Positions 42,702 to 52,674 of a stretch of 64,000 nt of DNA are shown here, piece by piece. The DNA comes from a virus (lineage: Duplodnaviria > Caudoviricetes). Location: positions 23,530 to 87,529 of IMG/VR virus record IMGVR_UViG_3300048926_000317, one strand, 5' to 3'. A model generated the notes under the pieces. It ran no database searches, was not told where the DNA came from, and saw only the letters and a list, made by a program, of their open reading frames with translations. Numbering within the stretch: position 1 is the first letter of the stretch; each line of letters begins with the position of its first letter. The position numbers and the translations under genes are program-made.

Positions 42702-42926
42702 TTAATATTGATCAACTCTTTCCCATAATATTTCATAGGCTTTCGTTTGTTCTTCAAGTTCTCCTAAAATTAAGTCTTTCTCGGCTAAATCAAGCTCTGT
42801 AAATTCTTCTGTATCCATGAACCTTTCTAATTCTACTAAGTAGTTATAAGAAGTTTTACTAAATTCAAAAGCTGCGACTTGATGTCCTTTTGTTCCACTG
42901 ATACTCTCACGAGGTGGTGTCGGCAT
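42702..42926 (-). CDS. small helical protein (crAss001 gp48-like family, tentative)
   Basis: Probable start MPTPPR at 42926; LERFMDTEEF.EL...E..L......Y.IL.ERV pattern. Confidence 0.45.
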   Translation of the reverse strand: MPTPPRESISGTKGHQVAAFEFSKTSYNYLVELERFMDTEEFTELDLAEKDLILGELEEQTKAYEILWERVDQY

Positions 42927-42951
42927 AGGTATAATGTTTAATTGTTTATTA

Positions 42952-43578
42952 TTATTTAAAAGTTTGTTTAAAATCATTAGTCTTTTTAGTTCTGTCAGGC
43001 AATCCATTTGGAGTTCCTTTAGATTTAGCACTTCCTAAATTTATGATTTTAGAAACACTTAATATATCATCTTTATCAGCATAAGTATTTAATCCTTTTG
43101 AATTCCAAAACCACAATGCGGCGATCAAAGAATTCGCTTCTGTCATAATAAGATCAGAGTTTGAGATAAAATCAATACCTGTGGCTTTTGTCAATTGTTC
43201 AAAATTAGAACGTCCAGTTAATTGAAAGATTCCAGCGCCACGATAATCCCAGCCATCATTTGGCATAGTATTTCCTAAATTTTGCTTGCCCCATGATCCT
43301 CCATATATGATATTGGCAATACTTTTTTGATCTGCAGACTTTGTCTTTGTTCTTCCGTATTTTTTTGCATTAGCTTCGGATATTCTATGTCTACCAAAAG
43401 TAGAAAGTAATCCATCTACAGAATAGTTTAAATTTTCTCGTTTAGGCTTTAGATCACTTTCATGTGCAGCTTGTCCAAAAAAATGAGCTAGTCTTAAAGT
43501 AGTATTTACTCCATATTTATCAAATAAAGTTTTATACTTTGATGATAATGGATGTTGTAATAAAATATCTTTAGCCAT
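42952..43578 (-). CDS. endolysin, glycoside hydrolase family 19
   Basis: RLAHFFGQAAHES...ENLNYS...GN....DGWDYRG.G.FQLTGRSNF. Confidence 0.92.
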   Translation of the reverse strand: MAKDILLQHPLSSKYKTLFDKYGVNTTLRLAHFFGQAAHESDLKPKRENLNYSVDGLLSTFGRHRISEANAKKYGRTKTKSADQKSIANIIYGGSWGKQNLGNTMPNDGWDYRGAGIFQLTGRSNFEQLTKATGIDFISNSDLIMTEANSLIAALWFWNSKGLNTYADKDDILSVSKIINLGSAKSKGTPNGLPDRTKKTNDFKQTFK

Positions 43579-43582
43579 AGTA

Positions 43583-44188
43583 TTACTTTTTAAATTTACT
43601 CATTAATGATGTCCACCATGTAGACTTTCTAATCCACATAATTAAGATTATCAAAGCGATTATTGCTAATCCCCATATCAAAAATACAATATAAGATCCA
43701 ATTGTGAAATCTTGCTTAACAACTTGCACGGTTTTAGACTGAACTTGTTTAACGCTATTTTTTACATTTTCAACGGCATTAGATATTGATTTTTCGTTAT
43801 CTTTTGAATTTGAAGATGTAGTCGTTGAGTTATTATTTACGTCAGATTTTTGAGTTGATTTTGAGCTTTTAAATATAAAGTCGGCATTGCCTATAATTTT
43901 AAATAAATCTATAGTATCTCCATCAATAACATTGTAATAAGTTACAGGATTTTCTTTGTCGACTTTGCCGGTGATTTCAACTTCGGTTTTCTCTTCCTTC
44001 TTGTCTTCTTTTTGAACGGTCTTATTTTCTTCAACGGCAGACTCTTTTACCTTTTCTTTTTCTGTAGTTTCAGTTTTAGAAATTGTTTCTACTTTCTCTA
44101 CTTCTTTAACTTCATTCTTTAGTATCTTCTTAGTTTTACATCCTAGTATGAAGAAACTAATCAGGATTGCTATTATTATCTTTTTCAT
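43583..44188 (-). CDS. unimolecular spanin-like lipoprotein
   Basis: Lipobox ILGC after a signal peptide, C-terminal TM helix, adjacent to the endolysin. Confidence 0.7.
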   Translation of the reverse strand: MKKIIIAILISFFILGCKTKKILKNEVKEVEKVETISKTETTEKEKVKESAVEENKTVQKEDKKEEKTEVEITGKVDKENPVTYYNVIDGDTIDLFKIIGNADFIFKSSKSTQKSDVNNNSTTTSSNSKDNEKSISNAVENVKNSVKQVQSKTVQVVKQDFTIGSYIVFLIWGLAIIALIILIMWIRKSTWWTSLMSKFKK

Positions 44189-44783
44189 TATCTTTTAAAT
44201 TAAATGATTTTTCCACTGTACTCAATGCCTTTTCTCTCATTTTGCCAGATATTTTATCCATAAAAGTAAAAACACCTGGTTTAGTGCCATATAAACTTTT
44301 AATATGATTTCCAATACTACTATATTGGTATAAAATAATTACTACCCAGATAAACGCAAAACTTAATGATGATGTAAGTAGGGCCCAAGAAATATTTACT
44401 GCAGTTATAAGTAAGCAACAAAACATTAATAATGAAGTAACTATAATGGTTGCAAACGTCTGCGCTATACTATCAATAACTCTATAAAAATCAAAAGGAA
44501 TGTTTTTAACTTTTAATGAAACTCTGACTCCGTAAATGAAATCTAAGAAAGTCATTAACAGATAAAAGAAAGTCATTACAACGTGTATTACAACTGGAAT
44601 CCAAATATATTTCTCATTTGAATCTTTAAAGAATATCTGATTTAAATATTCTAGTGATATAACAGTAGTAATCGATGCGGCAAAGCTATATATATACGCT
44701 TCACTGTGCTTAAACATTAAAGAAGGCTTAAACATATAAACCAACTTTAATAATGCTACTATAAATGCTTTTGTGAACCCCAT
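44157..44783 (-). CDS. holin-like multi-pass membrane protein
   Basis: Several hydrophobic helices and a basic C-tail; lies in the lysis cassette. Confidence 0.65.
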   Translation of the reverse strand: MGFTKAFIVALLKLVYMFKPSLMFKHSEAYIYSFAASITTVISLEYLNQIFFKDSNEKYIWIPVVIHVVMTFFYLLMTFLDFIYGVRVSLKVKNIPFDFYRVIDSIAQTFATIIVTSLLMFCCLLITAVNISWALLTSSLSFAFIWVVIILYQYSSIGNHIKSLYGTKPGVFTFMDKISGKMREKALSTVEKSFNLKDNEKDNNSNPD

Positions 44784-45160
44784 CTTAAAAATTTTATAAA
44801 TGCTAAAGTTATAATAGTAAATAAAACTATTGGATAAATTATAATATCATATACTTCAAAACCAAATTTAAATATTAATGCAACTCCATTAAATACTTGT
44901 AAGGTAAAAAACACCCAAACAATTATTCGCGTATAAATACAAGCACTGAATTTCATTATTAGAAACATCAAAAATGATGCAAACAATATACCTTGAATTG
45001 TTGAATGTTGTGGGTATCCATTAATTAGATAATCGCTTCCTTTTACTTCTCCGATATAATGTTCGTTTCTACATCGGATATATGATATTAGTTCATTAAC
45101 AGCAGAGGCAAAAACTACCCCCGCTGTCATGAAATCTAATATTTTTGTTTTGTTTGGCAT
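44759..45160 (-). CDS. multi-pass membrane protein (holin/antiholin candidate)
   Basis: 3-4 hydrophobic segments. Confidence 0.55.
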   Translation of the reverse strand: MPNKTKILDFMTAGVVFASAVNELISYIRCRNEHYIGEVKGSDYLINGYPQHSTIQGILFASFLMFLIMKFSACIYTRIIVWVFFTLQVFNGVALIFKFGFEVYDIIIYPIVLFTIITLAFIKFLRWGSQKHL

Positions 45161-45167
45161 ATGAGCA

Positions 45168-45485
45168 TTAAACTAATTCATAATTAATTATCATAGTTAG
45201 ATCTCCACTTAGTCCTGATGATGCTTTAATAATTACGTTTTGACCATCTTTATCTAATCCTTGACTTCCAGTATCTGAAATAGTAAAAACGTTGTCATTC
45301 GACACAGCGCTACCTGTTAAATAAGTAGGTGTAGAATCTGCATATTCCATTGATACACTTTCATAAGAATTAGTTGAGTTTTTTAACTTCATAATATAAC
45401 TCAATATAACTATTGTTTTATTAGAAGTTAAATTGGAAATTAAGTCCAAAGTGTTTGTAGAATTAAAATTAATTGTTTTTTGCAT
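45168..45485 (-). CDS. hypothetical late protein
   Basis: 105-aa ORF in the late operon. Confidence 0.65.
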   Translation of the reverse strand: MQKTINFNSTNTLDLISNLTSNKTIVILSYIMKLKNSTNSYESVSMEYADSTPTYLTGSAVSNDNVFTISDTGSQGLDKDGQNVIIKASSGLSGDLTMIINYELV

Positions 45486-45506
45486 GTTAAATTATTTGAA
45501 AATTAT

Positions 45507-46625
45507 TTATTTTTCTGTTATTAATACATCAACTGATGCTCCATTTACATTACTATAAGTTGGCAATAATCCTATTACATCTAGTCTATTTACTACATTT
45601 ACAGTAAACCCTGTTGTAGTGACTGAAGATATTTTGATAAGGTTGGTATTTGTACCTCCAATAATATTTGCTTGAATATTTGGAGCTACTAAATAAGTAG
45701 TTCCAAATGTAATCGTATAATTACCACTACTATTTGTAGTTCCCGAATAGGTTTCTTGTCTTTTTAAGGCTGGTCCTGTTATAGTAAAATTAGGATAAGT
45801 CCCTGTTATTGTATTTCCGCCAGCGCCTGTCAAATTTACTGTTTGATCTGGAGCAGAATTTGTAATAACTCCCGTTGTTGAATTATAAGATATTCCTGTG
45901 CCTCCAGAAACACTTGCTCTAGCTCTTACATCAGTATAATATAAATTAATATTTTCAGGCACGACAGCAGATGTTAAATTCTGAAATGTTTTATCACCTC
46001 TATAATATTGAGCTAAAGTTCCTGTGGAAATTATATTTTCTTTTGTTGCTAGTCCCGAATTTAATATGCTAGTAGTTGTATATCCAGAATCATTTGAAAA
46101 TGAAGAAACAACTGTTGGAAATGTAGCATAAGAACCATCTCCTTTAGTGTATTGAGTTCCGATTCCTGAAAATGAATATATAGTTGGCTTACCAACTAAA
46201 TCAGAATAAATTCCAGAAGTTGCCACCGTAGCTAAAGTAGGTTTATTTAATATTTGTGAAACTCCTGATATGCTATTCCAGTCTGAATTGACTTGCGGTG
46301 ATGGGACACTCGGCTTATTAGTAAGATCATTATAATCACCCGAAGTAGACACTGTGGCAAAAATTGGCTTTCCTATTAATCCGGACCAAGTAACAAATGC
46401 TTGAATATAACTTGCTAAGCCATTAATATTGTAAGTTTCCCAATAAATATTATCCTTATAATATTTAACCCATAAACCACTTGGTGCATCATCTGCGCCT
46501 ACAAGATATGGCGGATTATTTACTATTAATGGAACATTCTGAGGATTAGCCATTCTACTAGATGCCTGAGAAAAAAGTATTTGACTTGTTAAAACTAAAG
46601 TTATTAGTAAAAAATTATTTTTCAT
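45507..46625 (-). CDS. tail-fibre-like protein with an N-terminal signal peptide
   Basis: Repeats of ATV.TSG.Y.DL..KP, an NLYYTD.RA motif and a C-terminal lectin-like ITFGTTY..APNI..TTTGFTV domain; begins MKNNFLLITLVLTSQILFS-Q. Confidence 0.65.
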   Translation of the reverse strand: MKNNFLLITLVLTSQILFSQASSRMANPQNVPLIVNNPPYLVGADDAPSGLWVKYYKDNIYWETYNINGLASYIQAFVTWSGLIGKPIFATVSTSGDYNDLTNKPSVPSPQVNSDWNSISGVSQILNKPTLATVATSGIYSDLVGKPTIYSFSGIGTQYTKGDGSYATFPTVVSSFSNDSGYTTTSILNSGLATKENIISTGTLAQYYRGDKTFQNLTSAVVPENINLYYTDVRARASVSGGTGISYNSTTGVITNSAPDQTVNLTGAGGNTITGTYPNFTITGPALKRQETYSGTTNSSGNYTITFGTTYLVAPNIQANIIGGTNTNLIKISSVTTTGFTVNVVNRLDVIGLLPTYSNVNGASVDVLITEK

Positions 46626-46626
46626 A

Positions 46627-49545
46627 TTAAGGTTTTATTATCCATTTGTTATTAATTGAAAAAATTGTCGTTGGGGTTAAAGTTGTTAGTACAAAAGTAT
46701 TTGAACCAGCATTTCCATCAATAATACTATTTGTATCAGTTGCATTTGCTGTTATTGTAGCACTACCAGATCCTGCGTTATATAATAATATTGTTAAACC
46801 ATTATATGATGCAATTGATGGCAAAATAAAAGTAGTTGTAGTACCATTAAAATATACATGGATAAGTTTTTTTGTCGGAGACAGAGTATAGGTTGAAGCT
46901 GATGTTATTATTTGTTGAGGGTCATTTCTTAAATCCTCTAATTGAATTTTTGATTTAGCAGTATAATTAATACTACCATAACTCCCTTTTCCACCATTAA
47001 AAACTGCTATTTCGGTAGTCCTATCTGTGAAATTGTTAGGATTTATTCTAAGTAATTTCGCATTATCATGAGGATAATTTGGTCTAAGTAAATAAGATGT
47101 AGAAGATTCGCCATTTAAATAGATATATCCATTTAAAATAGAATGATCATCTGTAACAGGCATATCTAACACCAATTCTTCCTCTTTAAGTAGAGTTTTA
47201 ATATCAACTCTTGCTATAGAAGAATAATAATAAGTTGCTCCTATACCTATAATACTAAATAATAATTTATCATTATATACTGTTAACCAGTGAGTTATAA
47301 GATTTACATCCGTAACAAGTGTATTGCTAAATAATATCTTACTAGATATTCTCTTAGCTTTAGTTATTAGATTAAATTCTACTATTTTTAAATTATTCGT
47401 TGCTTCTGTTCCTGTAACAGTCGCATCGTAACAAGTCATATACATTTTACCATTATATATTTCAAATGGAGTATTGGCTGGATGAGTTACAGTTATATCG
47501 GAAGTTCCTGAATATATCTCAGTATAATCTATAAGGTTAGTGTCTACTTCATAAACTTTAAAATCTGATCCAGCTCCTGCTGTTATATATAATTTATTAT
47601 TGAATATTTTAATATCTGTTGTAGAATTTCTAAATATTACATTATAAGGAAAAGTAATTGTTTTTAAAACAGCTAAGGTATGAGGATCTATCTTTACAAT
47701 TCTAAGTGGGTATGTTTGGATTGCCGCAAAATACTCTCTACTTCCTGCATATAACATACCATCTGTTTCATTATATATAAAACTATGTATAGCACCTATT
47801 CCTGTTAAAGCTGTTTCAGCTTTAGTTACTTTTAATATATTATCTTCTAAGTAACAATCTCTTAAAGCTATTATATTTTGATTAGCTGTTGAAGAACCAA
47901 AGTTAATAATTAGATAAAAAGTATTTCCAATTCTAAGTATTTCATTAGTATTACTTATGCCAGGAATAGCATCAAAATCAAAATAATCTCTTAAATTAAG
48001 TTCTCTATAAATATCTGTTTTATAAATAATTTTACTACTGTTTGCAGAGTTTTCAATGTATCCAGCAATATAAAAATCTTCGGGAACTGGAGTTTTAACA
48101 ACTGCTGGTCTAGGTATAATTCCTAAAGTTCCATCCAGCTTTGCTACTATTGAAGTAGTATAACTTGAATCAGCACTAGGTAAAGCTCTTAATCTAAGAG
48201 TATTAGTATCTATTGAAGCTGTTGGATTAGTGACTCCTACAGCAAATCTTTTATTATCAATATCCCACAGAAAAGCTGGATCACTATAAATAAAATTACT
48301 AGATGAAAAAAAACCGACTCTTCCAACCTCTCCTGCTATACCAATATTAGGTAAATCGGATGTTAGCGCCATAGTGCCTCCAGCGCCTCCAGTATCAGGA
48401 ATTTGAATCTCTTGATCATTAAAAGAAAGATCACTTTTAAAGATTGTTTTTGTTAAAGGATCAGCACTATTTATTATACTGAAAGTTGCCGACTGAATAT
48501 CAGCTGTTGATATTATATTATTATCTGTTTCCCCTCCTCTTTCAGTAATAGTTTGTAATGTTTCATCATCTATATCGCTTGTTAAAGCAATTTTCCCTGA
48601 TTCTGTTGGAGGATCTATTGAAATATTATTACTTATACTATTTACATTTAAAACTATTGAGCTTCCAGTTGAAGGGCTTTTTAATATTAAGCCTCCTGTG
48701 TTAATGCTTCCTGTAGTTATGATATCATTATTAGTTTCATTTCCTCTAGCAGTAATACTTTGTAAATTATCTGCCTCTAGCTGTGTTATATCTACATATA
48801 CACTACCTGACCATCTATATAGTTTATTAGTATCTAAAGCAATATATAATTTACTTTCTTCGCCAGTAATTGGGAAATCATCAAAAGTTGTAAACTCTAA
48901 AATATCATCTACATAACTCGGCAACTGTAATGCGGGAACTTTGCCTCCAATTAAGTCTGCTTTATTTTCTAAAGTCTCATTAATCTCTTGCTTGTTTGCA
49001 TAATTTTCATCTGAAAACTGTTTTTGGATAAAAGAATTTGATTCATAATTATCACCATAATAATTTACTCCTACTATCCCGCCCCCATTTACATCTGATT
49101 GTATTGGAATATAATCTAAACTATTATCTAAATTTATATATTTTCTAGAATCACCTACTCCTTGACTAATTAATACTTGAGTAGGGTTAACGTCTATAAT
49201 AGCTCCATCACTAGATGTTATTTTGATATTGCCATCAGACAGCTCAATTCTCCCATCTCCACTAAACAACCCTTTATTTTCTTCAGTTGTAAACTCTATA
49301 TCGCCTGTTATAGGCATTAAAGGATCAGTCCCAGCTAAAGGAACATAGCCAAAGGATAATCCTCCTCCGCTTACTTTTCTCTTGTTCCCATTTGTATCAA
49401 TAAAAATTAACTCACAAGTTGTTTTATTTTTTTCTAAAATATACATGGAATCATTTTTTACAGCAAGGTTTTCTTGTTGTATTACTTCAACCCATTTCAG
49501 GAATTTGAAACATTGTTCATCACTTAAAAACTCTTGTAGCGTCAT
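46627..49545 (-). CDS. tail fibre / receptor-binding protein
   Basis: GKVPALQLPSYVDD...YRWSGS module, two LQ.IT.RG.ET repeats, a propeller-like C-terminal half and a terminal TFILP...G....NAG.G domain. Confidence 0.75.
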   Translation of the reverse strand: MTLQEFLSDEQCFKFLKWVEVIQQENLAVKNDSMYILEKNKTTCELIFIDTNGNKRKVSGGGLSFGYVPLAGTDPLMPITGDIEFTTEENKGLFSGDGRIELSDGNIKITSSDGAIIDVNPTQVLISQGVGDSRKYINLDNSLDYIPIQSDVNGGGIVGVNYYGDNYESNSFIQKQFSDENYANKQEINETLENKADLIGGKVPALQLPSYVDDILEFTTFDDFPITGEESKLYIALDTNKLYRWSGSVYVDITQLEADNLQSITARGNETNNDIITTGSINTGGLILKSPSTGSSIVLNVNSISNNISIDPPTESGKIALTSDIDDETLQTITERGGETDNNIISTADIQSATFSIINSADPLTKTIFKSDLSFNDQEIQIPDTGGAGGTMALTSDLPNIGIAGEVGRVGFFSSSNFIYSDPAFLWDIDNKRFAVGVTNPTASIDTNTLRLRALPSADSSYTTSIVAKLDGTLGIIPRPAVVKTPVPEDFYIAGYIENSANSSKIIYKTDIYRELNLRDYFDFDAIPGISNTNEILRIGNTFYLIINFGSSTANQNIIALRDCYLEDNILKVTKAETALTGIGAIHSFIYNETDGMLYAGSREYFAAIQTYPLRIVKIDPHTLAVLKTITFPYNVIFRNSTTDIKIFNNKLYITAGAGSDFKVYEVDTNLIDYTEIYSGTSDITVTHPANTPFEIYNGKMYMTCYDATVTGTEATNNLKIVEFNLITKAKRISSKILFSNTLVTDVNLITHWLTVYNDKLLFSIIGIGATYYYSSIARVDIKTLLKEEELVLDMPVTDDHSILNGYIYLNGESSTSYLLRPNYPHDNAKLLRINPNNFTDRTTEIAVFNGGKGSYGSINYTAKSKIQLEDLRNDPQQIITSASTYTLSPTKKLIHVYFNGTTTTFILPSIASYNGLTILLYNAGSGSATITANATDTNSIIDGNAGSNTFVLTTLTPTTIFSINNKWIIKP

Positions 49546-50054
49546 TATATACTTTGTGCTTTTACATTGTTAATATCATATGCTTCAAAAAATAAATCCT
49601 GCGTATATGAAGCATCTTGGTTTTTAGAATCATATTCTAAGTCCATTAATTGATTAGCGGGTATTACCATTCCTATATGAATAATATTACCATTTAGTGT
49701 ATATCCAGAGACATCGCCGCCTGTAATAATTATTTTACCAAATTCATCACCTTCAGCATCATAATATTTATCTAAAAACTCATCCGATGTAAATGCTCTA
49801 TTTTGTTGCCTATTTTCTAAACTAACATATAAATCTTGCATTGTTGGTGGTGTGTCAGGAGGCGTATCATCTGTTGTAAATAATCCTATCCCGCATACAC
49901 AGTTTAACCAAGCTTGGCAAACACTAAATCCCCCCAAAGAAATACCACTGATAAAATCTTCAAATTTGATTATTTTTATACAACCATCTTGAATAATCAT
50001 AACATAGTCATCCATGTTTATATAGTCCGTTTCGGTATATGCCATTGCCTTCAA
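49545..50054 (-). CDS. virion-type protein with a cadherin-like Ig domain
   Basis: C-terminal LENR...F...YYDAEGD....I..G..GYTLNG domain shared with 50166 and 50864. Confidence 0.6.
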   Translation of the reverse strand: MKAMAYTETDYINMDDYVMIIQDGCIKIIKFEDFISGISLGGFSVCQAWLNCVCGIGLFTTDDTPPDTPPTMQDLYVSLENRQQNRAFTSDEFLDKYYDAEGDEFGKIIITGGDVSGYTLNGNIIHIGMVIPANQLMDLEYDSKNQDASYTQDLFFEAYDINNVKAQSI

Positions 50055-50091
50055 TTATTTCTTCAAAAATAATCTATACTCAATGAATTAT

Positions 50092-50146
50092 TAGGTTTGC
50101 TAATCAGTTAGCAAAGTCAAAAAATTAAGTAATATTAATATCTTTG
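50092..50146. promoter_or_regulatory. divergent promoter region with an 8-bp palindromic stem
   Basis: TAGGTTTG (50092) and TATCTTTG (50139) on +; TGACTTTG on -; TTTGCTAA-TCAG-TTAGCAAA hairpin. Confidence 0.5.
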
Positions 50147-50165
50147 AGTATTATAAACTGTAAAA

Positions 50166-50849
50166 ATGAATAAAATACGAACCTTTGTTTCTGGAAAAAC
50201 TCTAACACCTATTGACTGTGTTAAGTTAACTCCGAATCAAAATTATAGTGATGGGATTATTCAGGGGTTTGATTATCAAAATGTAAATCAAGCCACAATA
50301 TCTATTACAAATATTTGTAGTGTTCCATTTGATATTTTGGGAATGGAATTATTTACAGATGTTGTTGATGGAGGTAATTTTACAGCATCTATTCCAAATT
50401 TTTCAATAGGTCCTAATCAAACAATAGATATTCCTGTTTTTTATAATGGAATTTATTTAGGGGCTAATCTTAGTCCAAATTATCTCATTGCTATAAATTC
50501 AAATACAGCAGTATATTCATTAGTAGTGTCTGTTCCACAAATTAATAATCCACCAGTGGCAACGGATATTATTATTGATTTAGAAAATAGAGAAGATAAA
50601 GTTTTAGATATTGATGTGTTTTTAAATCACTTTAGTGATATTGATGGAGATTCATTAGCAGCAGTTATTATTGAAGGTAATACATCAAGGTATACATTAA
50701 ATGGCGCTCCACTTGTAAGTGGGACTCAAATAGCTAGAGCATTAATTGAAAGTAATTACTTAGTATTTCATGCTCCTGATACAAATGACTATAATGAAGA
50801 TGCTACAATTTGGAAGGCTGTAGATTCGGCAGGAAGTATTTCAGTTTAA
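50166..50849 (+). CDS. ASH/PapD-like Ig domain plus cadherin-like domain protein
   Basis: ISITNICSVPFDI...FSIGPNQTIDIPVFY; C-terminal FSDIDGDSLAAVII.G...YTLNG. Confidence 0.6.
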   Translation: MNKIRTFVSGKTLTPIDCVKLTPNQNYSDGIIQGFDYQNVNQATISITNICSVPFDILGMELFTDVVDGGNFTASIPNFSIGPNQTIDIPVFYNGIYLGANLSPNYLIAINSNTAVYSLVVSVPQINNPPVATDIIIDLENREDKVLDIDVFLNHFSDIDGDSLAAVIIEGNTSRYTLNGAPLVSGTQIARALIESNYLVFHAPDTNDYNEDATIWKAVDSAGSISV

Positions 50850-50863
50850 AAAAAATAAATGAT

Positions 50864-51502
50864 ATGGGTATTTTAAGATTTAGAGTAGCAGAAAAGGAGC
50901 TTTTGGAATTTGGAACTGCTTTTGTAGAATTTATACGGGGTACAACAGCAACTAAGCCGGTAGATGTAACTTATAGTAATGGGACGGGACAAAATGTAGT
51001 TGTGAATGAAATATTTTACACTCATTTAACACCAGGGACGGACGGGTATATTCAGGTCAAATCTTTAACAAATCAAACCCTAACTGGCTCAGGAATCTTA
51101 AATCTTTCAATGACTCATACTGTTTCTACAACACAAGCTGATCAAACAGTAAGTTTTAATTATGATTCTAGTCCAATAGATATTAATGTTAACTATAATT
51201 CTAAACCTGTAGCAGATGATATTATTATAGATATTCCAAACAGATCAGATTACACATTCTTAACAACTGATTTCACATCTCACTATAGTGATTTTGACAG
51301 TGATGCATTGGCGGCCATCTCAATATATGGAACTGTTACAGGATATAAAATCAGTGGTGTTAATTATATTGAAGGAGATTGGATTTTGATTAGTGATATT
51401 GCTGCTGGATTATTAACTTATGAAGCTTTAGATCAGAATGATTATTATGAAACTAATAATACTTGGAAAGCGAAAGATATAAACGGAAATATTTCAAATT
51501 AA
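50864..51502 (+). CDS. cadherin-like domain protein
   Basis: C-terminal YSDFDSDALAAISI.G..GYKISG...WKAKD.NG.IS, paralogous to 50166; probable start MGILRF at 50864. Confidence 0.6.
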   Translation: MGILRFRVAEKELLEFGTAFVEFIRGTTATKPVDVTYSNGTGQNVVVNEIFYTHLTPGTDGYIQVKSLTNQTLTGSGILNLSMTHTVSTTQADQTVSFNYDSSPIDINVNYNSKPVADDIIIDIPNRSDYTFLTTDFTSHYSDFDSDALAAISIYGTVTGYKISGVNYIEGDWILISDIAAGLLTYEALDQNDYYETNNTWKAKDINGNISN

Positions 51503-51503
51503 C

Positions 51504-51827
51504 ATGCCAATATTAAATATAAGAGTTGAGGGAATAACTTGTACACCACCTATTTTAGTAAGTGTTACCCATGTATTTGACAAATCATTTGATCTTGTTT
51601 GGGATTATGATGGCGTTGATTATTCCTCAGACCCAACTACTACAATATCAATTTATATTTCAAATGATGATATAGTATATGAATTATTCCCTCCAATATA
51701 TGATTATCCTCAAACAACTGCAACGGTAGATTTAAAAGATAAGTTATGGGAAATATTTTACTTTAAACTGAAACTTGTTAATCGTGATTGTAACGAATTT
51801 TCCAATACTATAATGAAAACAATTTAA
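51504..51827 (+). CDS. fibronectin type III-like single-domain protein
   Basis: CTPP.L.SV......F.LVW...I.IY.S...FYFKLKL...FSN. Confidence 0.5.
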   Translation: MPILNIRVEGITCTPPILVSVTHVFDKSFDLVWDYDGVDYSSDPTTTISIYISNDDIVYELFPPIYDYPQTTATVDLKDKLWEIFYFKLKLVNRDCNEFSNTIMKTI

Positions 51828-51828
51828 T

Positions 51829-52674
51829 ATGGGAGAAATACTTATAAAAAATAAAGGATTTAATGAAATATATTTAACTAGATATTATAGTGGATTATAT
51901 CCTTATGAATCTAATAGAGATAACGTAGGATTTAATGATGACAATAATCCTTTTAGTGATTATTGTTTTACTACCTCCTGTTCGACCTGGCAAAATGATA
52001 AAATAAAGATTCTTTCTTTACCCGATAAGGGTAGATTATTCTATCTAACAAATCCATATGCTCCTACTCCTATATATGCGAATGTTGTGGTTGGTCAAAT
52101 GTTTATTGTTAGAGATTTAATTGACGATAGGATATTACGATTTAATGCTGAAGGTTCTTTTGACGATCAATATTCAGGCAATTATTTAACTCAATTTAAT
52201 ATTCAAAGATTTTGTGGAGCCACATCAAATAATATAATATCTACTGTTAAATTAAATATGATTGAAGTTAGAATAGGTCTTCAAGAATTATATAATGTAA
52301 ATATCCCTCAAACTTGTACTGGAAATGGTGATGGTCCTACTAATTATGATGTTTGGTGTGTAGGAACAAAAGATTTTGCATTATCAGAATCAATATATCT
52401 TGGAGCAAATGTTGGATTTTATAAAATGCTAATTGATGGTGGAACTTCTCAAATTGGACTGACAAAACAAAATGGGGGGATGTTAAATACAAGTGAAATA
52501 TTACCAATTACTACAATGCTAACAGGATCAGTGGCGGCTGCTGGTGAAAATCCACCTAGTTCATATCCTTGGGGAAACCCTGCGGTTTTAACACCGGCAA
52601 TGTATCTATTTGCATTTAGTTTGAATGGGCTGAATGATTGGCAAAATTTTACATTAGCAATATATGGTCAGTGA
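51829..52674 (+). CDS. protein with an N-terminal cadherin-like domain
   Basis: KIKILSLPDKGRLFY...VVVGQMF...DL...L.F pattern. Confidence 0.5.
   Translation: MGEILIKNKGFNEIYLTRYYSGLYPYESNRDNVGFNDDNNPFSDYCFTTSCSTWQNDKIKILSLPDKGRLFYLTNPYAPTPIYANVVVGQMFIVRDLIDDRILRFNAEGSFDDQYSGNYLTQFNIQRFCGATSNNIISTVKLNMIEVRIGLQELYNVNIPQTCTGNGDGPTNYDVWCVGTKDFALSESIYLGANVGFYKMLIDGGTSQIGLTKQNGGMLNTSEILPITTMLTGSVAAAGENPPSSYPWGNPAVLTPAMYLFAFSLNGLNDWQNFTLAIYGQ

Noticed and set aside
50095-50114. loxP-like recombination site for the tyrosine recombinase
   Set aside because: The palindromic arms here are not shared with the hairpin at 53084-53104. Only an 8-bp core matches, which is too weak to call a site.
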